Assembly (NCBI GenBank): GCA_024704765.1
Contig: JAKMXF010000058.1
Span: 1-44,888 of the forward strand
DNA from: Oopsacas minuta
Lineage: Eukaryota > Animalia > Porifera
DNA: 44,888 nucleotides
Direction of reading: 5' to 3'
Both the position numbers and the translations under genes were made by a program. The notes under the pieces are model-generated. The model was not told the DNA's origin. It saw nothing but the letters and a program-made list of their open reading frames with translations, and did not search any database. Shown in pieces: positions 33,734-44,888 of this stretch; position 1 is the first letter of the stretch; each line of letters starts with the position of its first letter.

Positions 33734-35899
33734 AGTTGCTAAATTGATAGAAAGAGTTAGTATACCTGAAATGAGCTAAGATTGTGGAATACTATAGTAG
33801 CAGGAGATGTATACACATGTGGGCGTAGATAAAGTTAGATTTCAGAATTTGTATACAGGTGGCATAATGTCTCAAAAATGGTTGGATACCCCATTATTAT
33901 GAGCGAACAAGTTTTGAAGCTAACCAATTATGCATAGCATATGTCCACGTGGTTCTTCTATTGATTTCTATAGTGAAAATTCAAATTAGAATTGAAGTTA
34001 GATAATTGAATTACTATTGTCGAGATATGAAATGTAAACACTGACCTACTTAGGCTCGAGTCAATATGAATTAACTGTTCCAGTAGGTAAGAAGTGAGTA
34101 CAAATGTCCAGCCTCCATGTATTCTAGACTCAATTCAAAATATGACATCATAGTAAATTCCCTCATCAAAAAATTAAAAAAGCCACATCGCTTGTTTGAG
34201 CTGGGCGTGGCTTGCGAACACATTGTATTTGCAAGAAACTCGGCACTTCTTGCCTTAACAAAGTATAAAATTAAATAAATAATACATATTTCAACAATTT
34301 GTTTCCTTTATATTCATAAAAAAAACAATAAATTTACATAGGAGGACCTTGGAATGTGAAATTCGGATTCGGCGTACTTAGTTACCCCTTGAAAGCCGTT
34401 TAGACCTTGACAACGGACAAAACAACAAAATAACAACAAATTGAGATTGAATAATATGGATTCAATTTTTGAAATAATTCCCTCTAATCATCCATGCGGA
34501 ATAAATATTCAGAATATTTATGTAAACCAATTACCCAGCAAACATAAGTGTTTTTAACTAATCATTAATTTATTGTTTCCATATACAAATTATGAATTAT
34601 GAAATCTTTAATCCAATAAGCTATCTTCGAACTTGGATTAATCGTAATTGTAAATTTTTCACCACTAAGCAGGATGTTCTTGTCTGCAATAGAATTGGAT
34701 ACAATTAAGTATCATGTAAAAGAATTTAGTTTGAATTAGGGAATTGGGGTCAGCCAGTTAGCTCCATATGTCTTAACAGAATAAGAGACCGTTTAATACT
34801 GGAAGGTAGCTACCTTTATACTCCTAGATGGATATGTATTTCCCATAAGTTTGTGAGTAGTTGATACATGTATGAATGTGAATAATTATTTGTAAGAGCT
34901 AGGATAATAACTGATATTATCTTGGCATTAATCTAAAACTTCCAAACGTTGATTTATTTCAGATGGCTATCCTGTAAGACAAAAAGACAGTCACTACCAC
35001 AAAATAACAGGAAAAATTTAGGAAATACATAAAAATCGTTGACTTGTAGATGGAAAAAAACTGGACGTGCTGGAAAGAATCTGAAAGCAGATTTGAATTC
35101 AGCGTAAAAAACTAGCTCAGAAAATGTCAATCTAATACTTGATGAGAAAATGAAGTTAAATTTTGTTGACCTGTGTAATAAGTATCGGAATGGTATTTCA
35201 GATTTCAAATTCAATTGAATATATTCTAATTTCTAATACAAATTCAAACGATATACCTGTAATTGAATTAATAAGATTAGTATGAATAATATCAAAGGTT
35301 TAGTAGTAAATCTGAAAATAGAACTCTAACAAGTGATTGATTACCCAAAATTATTTAACTAATAATACTTACAAATTTCTTCTTGTTTATGGAGTTCAGA
35401 AATTTTGGATTTCAATCTATGGATGTCTGTTGCTGAATTATGGTGCAAAAGCCAAGATTTAGAATATTCCAATGGTCTCCAAATAGTCAGTGGTGGGCCA
35501 TTAAGCTGGATAAACAGCAAAGAAGAAACATGTTCTATTATATATATCCTACATTCCAGAACACGTTGCTTATAATATAATTATTACTCAAAAGAATCAT
35601 TTGAGATTGATATTTTGTTTACGATTAACGCTAGATTCCATAGAATAATACATAGCTGAGGTAAAACTTCCCATTATTCTTCAAAACAAGTACAATACAT
35701 TCACGTCGCTACAAAGTAAACATTTCCTCTCTCAACTCAACTTAATTACATTTGGAACAAATTTCAATTTCTTTCAAATATTGATTGTATGCTACTGTAG
35801 ATATCAGGTACACAAATTCAGTAACTTGTGAAGTAACTGTTACTTGACAATTTGATTTGTTTAAACAAGTATGGGAGTGGCGCTCCAACCCGCTCCCAC

Positions 35900-38830
35900 A
35901 GCAGGACACCACTGACTCCAATAATTTGTTTCTTTCAGGGAGTTGGAGGGTTCGATAGATCATTCGTTTAGTTCTTTATAACTGCACACATCTGTAATAA
36001 TCTTGGTCATAATACAACTTATTACGTATCAGAATATGTACAAGAGAATACAGTAATATCACATTACTATATGTATATCATTAATTATATAACTTGATGA
36101 TATTCTGATTTATATATTTCTATTACTTTTATTCTATTTTATTCTACTAAAGATATCTCTAGATATTTATTGTCTTAATTCTAGATAAAGTTGAGTAGTT
36201 TCTTTCATTATTTAACACCCCCGGAGAGGCGGTTATGTCATAAACTAATCCTTCCAATAGACTACAAGTCAGCAAATTTAGTTTTACGATTCTGTGAACC
36301 CCAGTTTTGGCACTGTGCTGAGTTATTACTAAGTAACATGTGGAAATGCTAATTCAATCTAATAATAGCATATCAATACTCCTTTCTTTTGACAATGAAC
36401 AGACAGATAAACAAACAATAATTTATTCATGTTTATTATTTATATTATAACCATGAATATATTCAAGCATTTTGGACCTCCATCTTTACTCTGCGGGAAC
36501 CTTTGAATAGCAGTAACGCTTGTTCTTGTCGGTATTTCATCGCATCAAATTATAGCTTAGTTTGTTCTTAAGCTAGAATACACAACTGTTTTGCCCCAAT
36601 TCCATAAATACTTTTTCCAAAATACTTAATTGTATCCAATTCTACTGCAGACATGAACCCCTGATTAGTGGTGAACCCAGTTCTCAAATACCTGTGAATA
36701 TTTCCCAGAATCTTAAATTAGACACAGACTATCTAAAAATTATCATATTCGGGTACGGAGTCGTAATATGATATTTTTGGCATCATATGATCAATATTTG
36801 TTGTTGTTTATTTACATAAAGTAAACAAAATTCAAAAAAAGTCTTGGAATCATGCATTCAATGCGTGTATTAGGGTTAGGGAGTCTGCTGAGTTCGAATA
36901 TGAGTTTAGAATTAATTTGGAGTTTCCTAGGCGCACTATGTGGGCGCCAATTGCAGATACGAAGTGTTCGCAACCCCGTAGTGCAAGGAAGCATAGCTTC
37001 CTTGTTATTCGCAAATACTTCATTTGTCTACCATCAGTTAGCGAGTCATGTGATACTCATATCTAACATACAATCTATGTATCCAATCATAGCCTACTAC
37101 AATACTGCTACACATGCTGTTCTGGTACATATGGTCCCCCTTGATATTTTTCTGAGGGGCCAAATTGCCATAGGTATTGGTTCATAATATCCCCCATTAA
37201 TTACGAAGCACTTTTTAGTAACAATTCAATATGGATTCTCTCGATCTTTCACTTAAAATCGTATAACTTAACTAGAGGACCATTTGTACCAAATTATAAT
37301 AGATTTTGGTGTAAATAGCCCCCTTACAATACGGAGCTATGTGAATATCAAAATATATATACCAAAACAATGCTGCCAAATTATGCATAGTATTGGATAA
37401 GAGTCAAATTATATATGTTTCATAAAAGAAAAATTTCTCATTCAATATTTTGAATTGAACCTTTTCAGGGTAATGACATCTGAGGAATCTATTTGGACTA
37501 ATGTAAAAGTTCAAACAGTCATCTTCATCTTTTTTGGGCACAATTATGCGATGACGTGTTCATTTATACCACTCGAGTGTTGGCATTTTTGTGGAACAAC
37601 GACACGTAATATCCGAATTGATTTTAGGATGTTTAATTTGTTCATTTACTTTACAATTAAGATAAAACCAACTCCGACAATAGTTTATTAGATTAAAGAT
37701 TTCACAATGTATGACTTGTACATGAAAAATAAATTTCTGATAAATCCATTTATGAATTAATCAAACAACATATTAAGACGCGATGAGATGTCTATTTATA
37801 TGCATATGTGCTAAGTATTAACACAGAAGGGATGATTCAAAAGCATCTGTATATTTTGACAGAATTTTTTGTAGAACTTTGCTCGAATGATGAAAAAGGC
37901 AGATTTTTTTATCAAAGATCTACTAAAATGTCTCCAGTCAAACTTTGATAGAAAAATTGTAGAATTTTGATCGAAAATGGAAAAATCCAACAAAAAATCC
38001 AACGATAGGCCATTTTACAAAGATTAATAATAATAAATCCAACAAAACTCCATCCAATCATAAAATTAGCATAAATTTCACACTTACTTTATATTTTATT
38101 AGTTAGAAAGATTACCATTAGGAGGAATTAGGGATTTATTTCGCTACCTTATGGCTCTGGGAGTATTTATTTGTGTTCCTTATTAGCTACTAAAGGACGG
38201 GAGTGTGGAATTTATGCTAATTTTATGATTGGATGGAATTTGTTGATTGATTATCATTAATCTTTGTAAAATGGCGTATCGCTGGATTTTTTTGTTGTAT
38301 TTCTCCATTTTGATCAAAATTCTACAATTTTCGATCAAAGTTCGATTGGAGGCATTTTAGTAGATCTTTGATCAAAATCTGCCTTTTTCATCATTCGATC
38401 AAATTTCAACAAAAAATTCAATCACAATATTCAGATTCATTCGAAATATATACAAAATTTGAAAGATTCAAAATATTAATTTTACAATGAGCGAATTTCT
38501 ACTATGATTTCGTATTTTGGATTAAAGCCTAAACTTGATGATGCCTGACTGTTTGAGCTTTTTAACTAGATGTAGTGCAATATTTAGTTGACCATGACTC
38601 ATATAAATAATGATTAAAACTCGTAAGAATGGTGTAGATTACAGGCAAATTACTGAATTGCGGTCTTGCATCCACTAGAATCATACTGCCGGGTACTACA
38701 TGGGTATTGGCTACTGGGTCACAAGAGAGCAGATAACCTGGTCTTAGAAGTTGAAAATGCATCAACAACCCTAATTGTGCTATATGGCACACTTCGAAGG
38801 CCTTTCAATTGACAAGTTAGAGAGCAATAT
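35900..38830 (-). pseudogene. Further decayed copy of the divergent unidentified gene (exon-like blocks 35900-35990, 36800-37080, 38570-38830)
   Basis: Direct homology to 7400-9600; 38562-38792 keeps an open frame (CHIAQLGLLMHFQLLRPGYLLSCDP...LVDARPQFSN). Confidence 0.45.
37840..38440. mobile_element. Foldback element with about 240-bp inverted arms
   Basis: GAATGATGAAAAAGGCAGATTTT..ATCAAAGATCTACTAAAATG..CCATTTTACAAAGATTAAT..CCATCCAATCATAAAATTAGCATAAATT is mirrored at 38200-38400; absent from the paralogous region near 9310-9360. Confidence 0.8.
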
Positions 38831-39693
38831 ACTTCTGTAATATTCTTGGTCATAAATTTCGATTATCATCAAATATTGTTATTTAACGAGTGTTTATGAA
38901 AATGAAGAACATCTTTTGGTAATGAAACTAACATTTAACAAGTAGAAGATATTTTGGTAGAAAAGGTTAGTTTAAATTTTGAGAATTTCGGAAAAATTTG
39001 ACAAAAATGTAAAAGAGCACCATATATGGGCATGAACTTTGATTTGTTCATTATGGGAAAATATTTTCGAAATTTTCGCTTAGCTAGCCCTGTATAGAGT
39101 AGACCATGGCCCACCGTTGCAGGAATAATTCTTGAAATTGAATGATTTTTTGGATGATAACAATATATATCCCTCTAATACTCCCAACTCCAAATCAATT
39201 ACGTACGCAGCTATACATTATTGCATTATATGTTAGAACAAATTTGTAGATCAACACCGCTAGTGATGGACAGGTTTCGATTTCTCCCCTAACCGGATTG
39301 AACCTGGATTGTCAAATTTTCGGGATATTCCAAGTAGAAATGGTGTTTCGTTCTATAAAAGTGATTGTAATTCAAACTACTAGTACAATGAAATAAGTGA
39401 TAAGTAATGGTGAAGGATAGAATTAGATATTTTAACCTTAAATGGGCCGTGAAAAGTAATATACTTGTTTCTCATCCCCGCCAGTCCCAAACTTTGTCCC
39501 CAGTGCGGAACGATTTAATTGTGTATTTCTCCAAATTTATACATAATTCTTTAGTCACAGAGTGTGCAATCCACGTTTTACTAGTTGTATAGTTGAAAAC
39601 TTCTATATTTTTGTACAGGGAGAATGAGAGGGGATAATAGAAGGGTCAAAATATTTGATATATTCAATCACCTTTAATAAATCAGATTCCTTA

Positions 39694-39853
39694 TATATAG
39701 CTCAACTATAGTATAGTACAGTTTTTTGTAATACAAAAACCCCATACCCTCATTCCAAAAAGGTGACTTACATTTGGCCTAACAAATAACCTTTCCTCGA
39801 ACATAGAAAAGCTAACACACAAAAACTGTACTATAGTATAGTTGAGCTATATA
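39694..39853. mobile_element. Small MITE-like element with about 35-bp TIRs
   Basis: TATATAGCTCAACTATAGTATAGTACAGTTTTT / AAAAACTGTACTATAGTATAGTTGAGCTATATA. Confidence 0.7.
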
Positions 39854-40312
39854 AGTTATTTGTTAAAAAATAGACATAAAATATGGCCCGCTGTTCAAGG
39901 TTCCGAAGAAATTTCGGATGGGAAATATGTAATATACTTACATAGCCTAAATCTGAGTTTGAGTATATATTCATTTGTAGTTTTATTATATAAAGGTGTT
40001 ATAATTTCACAGTTATTGCACAGGAAAATATGACTATCCCGAAAATATTACCAAAAACCTAGATTCACGGCGGTATATATGCGTAAGTACAGTCAACCCT
40101 CTTAAACATCTCAAGATTAATTGTATTATCAAAGTAGATATACTCATACTCTAAGGATAAAAGATAGCTCAGGATTAGAGGCAGGAATGTTTGTATATGA
40201 TTATGTAACTAATACGATCCATGAATAATGCAGTATATGACCATGAGCTATACTATAGGTATGTCTACTGAGAATTTCTATTAATTCGTACTCCTATAAA
40301 TATTTAGCAATA

Positions 40313-41185
40313 ATGTCCACAAATAATCCTATTGAAACACAACCTGTTGAGAATAATTTAGAGAGACAGAGAACTGAAATTAATTATTCGAGCAAGTTTC
40401 AACCTCTAGTGAGTACTAGTAAGAGAGGAAAAGGAAATGATGAACTAAACTTTCCATTTTGTGTTACAGTTGACAAGATGACTGGCTATATTTATATAGC
40501 AGATTGTCCCAATGACTGTGTTAAAGTATTTGACAGTACTGCTAAGTATATATTCAAATTTGGTGACAGTAATGGTGAAGGAATGATGTACTATCCAAGA
40601 AGCTTAGTTATTTGTAGGGGTAGGATTCTAATTACTCATCACCACGGTATATTGAATTATACTCTTGATGGTAAATTTATTCCTGGAATTGGGAAACAGG
40701 GAAAAGGAGAGTTAGAATTCAACTATCCTAAGTGTATATCAATCAATGAATCTAATGATGATATTTACATTTGTGATTATTATAACAATCGAGTTCAAAT
40801 ACTCTCACAAGATTTCCAATTCAAATCACAATTTGGTTCATTCAAACACCCTCGTGATGTTAAACTATTAAAAGAATACATTTATGTGTTAGATGAATCT
40901 AATCCTTGTATCCATCTATTCAATCATAACCACATACTCCTGAAGAGCGTAATTTCACGAGGACGAGGAAATCAAGTCACTAATCCATACTCATTCTTTA
41001 TTGACAATTCTAACAACATTCTAATTGCTGATTATTCTTCTAATTCTATTTCTATCTTCAATCCTGAATTCCAATCAATTCATAATATTCCAGTATCTGA
41101 GCATCCAACATCAGTAACAGTAGATAATCATGATAGAGTTATAGTAGTGTGTGAGCATACCGTGAACTGTCTACAGATATTTTGA
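40313..41185 (+). CDS. NHL-repeat beta-propeller protein, 290 aa (subfamily A)
   Basis: Intact ORF with NHL motifs; ends CEHTVNCLQIF. Confidence 0.9.
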   Translation: MSTNNPIETQPVENNLERQRTEINYSSKFQPLVSTSKRGKGNDELNFPFCVTVDKMTGYIYIADCPNDCVKVFDSTAKYIFKFGDSNGEGMMYYPRSLVICRGRILITHHHGILNYTLDGKFIPGIGKQGKGELEFNYPKCISINESNDDIYICDYYNNRVQILSQDFQFKSQFGSFKHPRDVKLLKEYIYVLDESNPCIHLFNHNHILLKSVISRGRGNQVTNPYSFFIDNSNNILIADYSSNSISIFNPEFQSIHNIPVSEHPTSVTVDNHDRVIVVCEHTVNCLQIF

Positions 41186-42733
41186 TATACAACTCTATCT
41201 ATGTGGTATATTTCTATATTTCATTATATTTTCTTTCCCTTTCTTAACATAACGCTTTCACATATAGCCTTACACTATTGTTATTCTTGATTAGATTTAT
41301 TATTTCCTGTCTTGTTGCTTAATTGCTGTTTATTTATCCATTAGTATTTGTTTATTCATTTACTTATTCAATTAAACTAATCTTGTATATTTTCATGTGC
41401 TGATATGATTTCCCAATGTTGTGCTCATCGGGTATATCAAAGTAATTCCCGGAGTTCCTTTATATTGTGGCCTGTAATTGCCGTTAATTTTCCTGTATTT
41501 AGTTCACAATCTGTATTTGATATTGACTAAATATATGTGCATTCTCTAGTTAAGAATTGTTGTTTCTTTGTTGCTTACATAGTGTTGTAAAGTGTTTTGA
41601 CCAAATTTCCAAAATTTCTAGAAAAGGGATAATTATTGACTACAGAATTGTGCATTGTGTTCTGTGGGAGTTTATAAACCACCCATAAATGCTAACCTCA
41701 ATTATGTGCTTCATTATACCAGAATGAGAATGACTATTGTAGAAATACGGATGTAACTTTCGTTAGTATTTCCTCCAAGGCTGGTTCGGACCTTTGTTTG
41801 TAATTATTGACTAAGAGTTAGTGGCCAATGGAGATACTTTATGGTATGAATTATTGATATAGTCATATCTCTATATGTGAGATCGGCTAACCCAGAGACC
41901 AATAAGGATGTATAAATTAGAAGCATTTCCCTTGCGATTATGTATTAGAGGAAGTATTACATAAATGGCAGTCTCTAAAGATCTTCTGAGAACACAATCC
42001 ATCCATAGATTGACGGATTTACTGAGGATAGGTTATAATATATCAAGCACTTCAGAGAGGCCATTACTTGAGAAATTGTCATACACGTAGGAAATTCAGT
42101 TAAGACTTTGAGAAAAACCTCAGAATTATAGAAACTCGTTATTAGTTGATTATGGATTAAGCCAATTATGTCATCATGTAGTTTCAATAGCGCGCTTTGC
42201 TTGCTACCACGCTGTGCGAAGGCTTACTGTTACAGGTTAGCTAATTATTTTACAGCTAGATTTTATGGTATTAGTGGTAGCAACGCGACAAAATATCCTC
42301 TCCACTAGGTGCCTCGAATTCAAAGAATACTTAAATATTTAGGATTATGTTATCCTTGGTCCATCCAAACTATATTCAATGACCTTCTCTGCTGATACTG
42401 GAGATGCTACGTCGCTTTGGGTTAGTAATCTCGGGACTTCTTCCCCCTGTATTAGGAAATTATGAAATTTGCAATTAGGAAAATTATGGTATTTTGTACA
42501 CTCATGATGACGTAATAATCCTATGACTAGTTAGCTTTTGGTCAGGATCATGAAGTCACAACATTTGGCACATTGAGAGGTATCTGTGATTCAAATTTTG
42601 AACTCCTATCACGTATTTTGGCTGAGAAGTGGTGAATAATGTGAGTATTGGAAAATCCAAAATGGACAATGACGTCATAATTTGTCCGAGAAGGCCAAAA
42701 ATACCCCTGTATCCTAAAAATCAGCCCTGTGGG

Positions 42734-43307
42734 AAGGGACGGACTGGCCTACGGGGAGAACGGGAGATTTCCTGTGGTGGCCCGTGAGCTCCTTATAAAG
42801 CCTTCTGTGCAGTGTAAGAATTTATCAAAACATCATAGAACAACTGTTAAACTACGATAAAATACAGGAGTATTTCAAGGTCTGCTCACTATAACGATCG
42901 TTTTGCTCGTTTCAGATTGTCTATTTATTTCGGTAATCTATTTTTTCCAAATTATATTTACGTAATCCTTATCTGGGTGTCTGGGCTACTGTAGAGGTCG
43001 CAACCACGGCATTTTGTGCATTCTAATTAGCACTTGTTAGTGTAAAATTTGATAAGGCAAGACTATCCAAATTAATAAACGGAAATATACCTTCATATCT
43101 GTAAGGGGAAGACATCTCATTTAGATCTTAGAATTTTATCAAATTCTACACACATGATAAATAACTAGTCTCTAGCTCTTACTTATCAGTTCCTCAATCA
43201 ATTCTAAAAGAAATCACCAAGATATATTAGACTTTCAGTTTCTATTGTTAGTGAAGTGGCCTGTTTGGAAATTTCCTGGGCCGAATTATTTAGCAAGTCT
43301 GTCCCTC
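42734..43307. mobile_element. hAT-type MITE (574 bp)
   Basis: Ends AAGGGACGGACTGGC and (read inward) GAGGGACAGACTTGC; perfect 8-bp TSD CCTGTGGG at 42726-42733 and 43308-43315. Confidence 0.85.
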
Positions 43308-43365
43308 CCTGTGGGTCCTCCAGTTTCTTAAATCAATTGTGGACATACAAACATATATACACACC

Positions 43366-43392
43366 TACCTACCTACCTACCTATCTACCTAT
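43366..43392. repeat. (CCTA)n microsatellite
   Basis: CCTACCTACCTACCTACCTATCTACCT. Confidence 0.9.
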
Positions 43393-43456
43393 AGGCAAAA
43401 TACTGACTAATGAAATCAAAATGGAAATTGCACATACGAGAGGAGGAAAACGAAAT

Positions 43457-43638
43457 GTTATTCAAAGAATCTACTATATAAATATCTCCAGTCATTTTGT
43501 CAACAGTGACACCAAGTGGACAGTAAAATTTATCATTTCCTTTTCCTCTCTTAGTAGCACATACTAGAGGTTCATCTTGCTGGTGTAATCAATTCTAGAT
43601 TTCACTCTCTCTGTTTCAATAGTAATAGTTGTGGCCAT
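43457..43638 (-). pseudogene. NHL 5' fragment (subfamily B) with a frameshift and a large internal deletion
   Basis: MATTITIETERVKSRIDYTSK, frameshift, VCATKRGKGNDKFYCPLGVTVDKMTGDIYIVDSLNN, then a jump to sequence resembling the 3' flank of the 32882 gene. Confidence 0.85.
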
Positions 43639-44888
43639 TGTTGCTAAATTGATAGAAAGAGTTAGTATACCTGAAATGAGCTCAGATTGTGTGATACTAT
43701 AGTAGCAGGAGATGTGTATACATGTATGTCATATGAAGCAGTTCGCCCAAAATTCATCCATCGATAATCTAACCGAAATTTGTCAGATCAATACCGATAT
43801 CGATACCAGCTGTCAATTTCCTATAATTTTCTATGACATGTGGTTATACTACGAGAATTTACCTCAGTATTGTCACGGACTTCTTAAATACACATACTAT
43901 TACTTCGCTTTAGGGTTAAATTTGTGCTGGCCGTTAACAGTATACATAATAAACTTCTTGATAGCCTATATTGCACTAATGCAAGACACTGAAATGTAGT
44001 ATCGTCGTAAGTAATATTTTGGGAGTTTAACTATCATATAGCATTATCGGAAATATTTGTGGAATGAATTACCTTTCACAGCTGTGATTGGTTAATGAAG
44101 GATGGAAATCTTTCAAAAAGAAAAGTATTGGAACCGAATAATAGTGACAAAAGTTATAAAAATCAAAATTACATCAAAGTTATACAATACTGATACACAT
44201 AATTTGATAATACTACATTCTCTTGTACATATTCTGAGATTTATGAGTTCTCAATATATTTTCCAGATTATTGCAGAACAACAGTTATTCGAACTAAACG
44301 AAAGAATAGAACCACAATACCCTGAGAAGAGCAGAACGAATGCTTGATAACTCCAATTTCAACTTAAGTAAACCAAACGAACTGAACATGTATAAGGCTG
44401 AATCGAATGGAATGCTCTGTGTCAGTTACTTCTTGACCCTGTCATTCCTTAGAATGGAAATTCAAACTAAGAATTTTCAATGTTGCCATTTGTAGAATTG
44501 TTAACATTTCCTTAGGAACAGTTGAATTTCGCAGGTATTGGAAATACTATGGCTGGCTATTTCGTATCCTACCCATCATGTAGGTGTATATTATGAATTT
44601 CGTTATGAATTACACTGCCCTGCGTCAAATTTGCTGATTATTATCCATGGGTTGTTTTTAGTTAACTTGAGTATGCTGATTCTCAATCTGTCATCAGAAT
44701 TCCCCTATCACGTCTCGTTTTTACTCAAATGTCATTTTAATGTAAGTCGATTTTTTTAAGTACACTTCCCTAGAATGAATTATTATATTTGATACTTGTG
44801 TGAATTTTTGTCTTTTGAAATAAACAGATGCGTGCTTTATTGCATTTTCTAATTAGTCCCTTTAACTCCATTCTTTTCTACATAATTT

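Noticed and set aside
41700-42190. Possible decayed minus-strand coding region (track ORF 41975-42187)
   Set aside because: Several stops and no recognisable motif; cannot be supported without a homology search.

Overview
AT-rich eukaryotic (animal-like) DNA with GT-AG splice-like signals and no operon structure. From memory the NHL family resembles the expansions described in the glass sponge Oopsacas minuta; this is unverified. The window is a birth-and-death array of single-exon NHL-repeat beta-propeller genes: 6 intact copies (283 or 290 aa, all ending CLQIF) and 3 pseudogenes, in both orientations, with variation concentrated at equivalent loop positions and signs of mosaicism. The genes sit among many DNA transposons. 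The most striking is an apparently complete Transib/RAG1-like element (14267-17378) with an intact 710-aa transposase ORF, terminal CACAGTG heptamers identical to the V(D)J RSS heptamer, and asymmetric bipartite ends. Also present: an intact DD34D mariner, a Ginger1 derivative carrying a Ulp1-like protease fragment (CCGG TSD), an intron-containing Ginger-like integrase remnant, Tc1, THAP/P-like and pogo remnants, four hAT-type MITEs with 8-bp TSDs, foldback elements, and decayed exons of unidentified genes co-duplicated with the NHL units. All calls are by-eye; nothing was run against databases.
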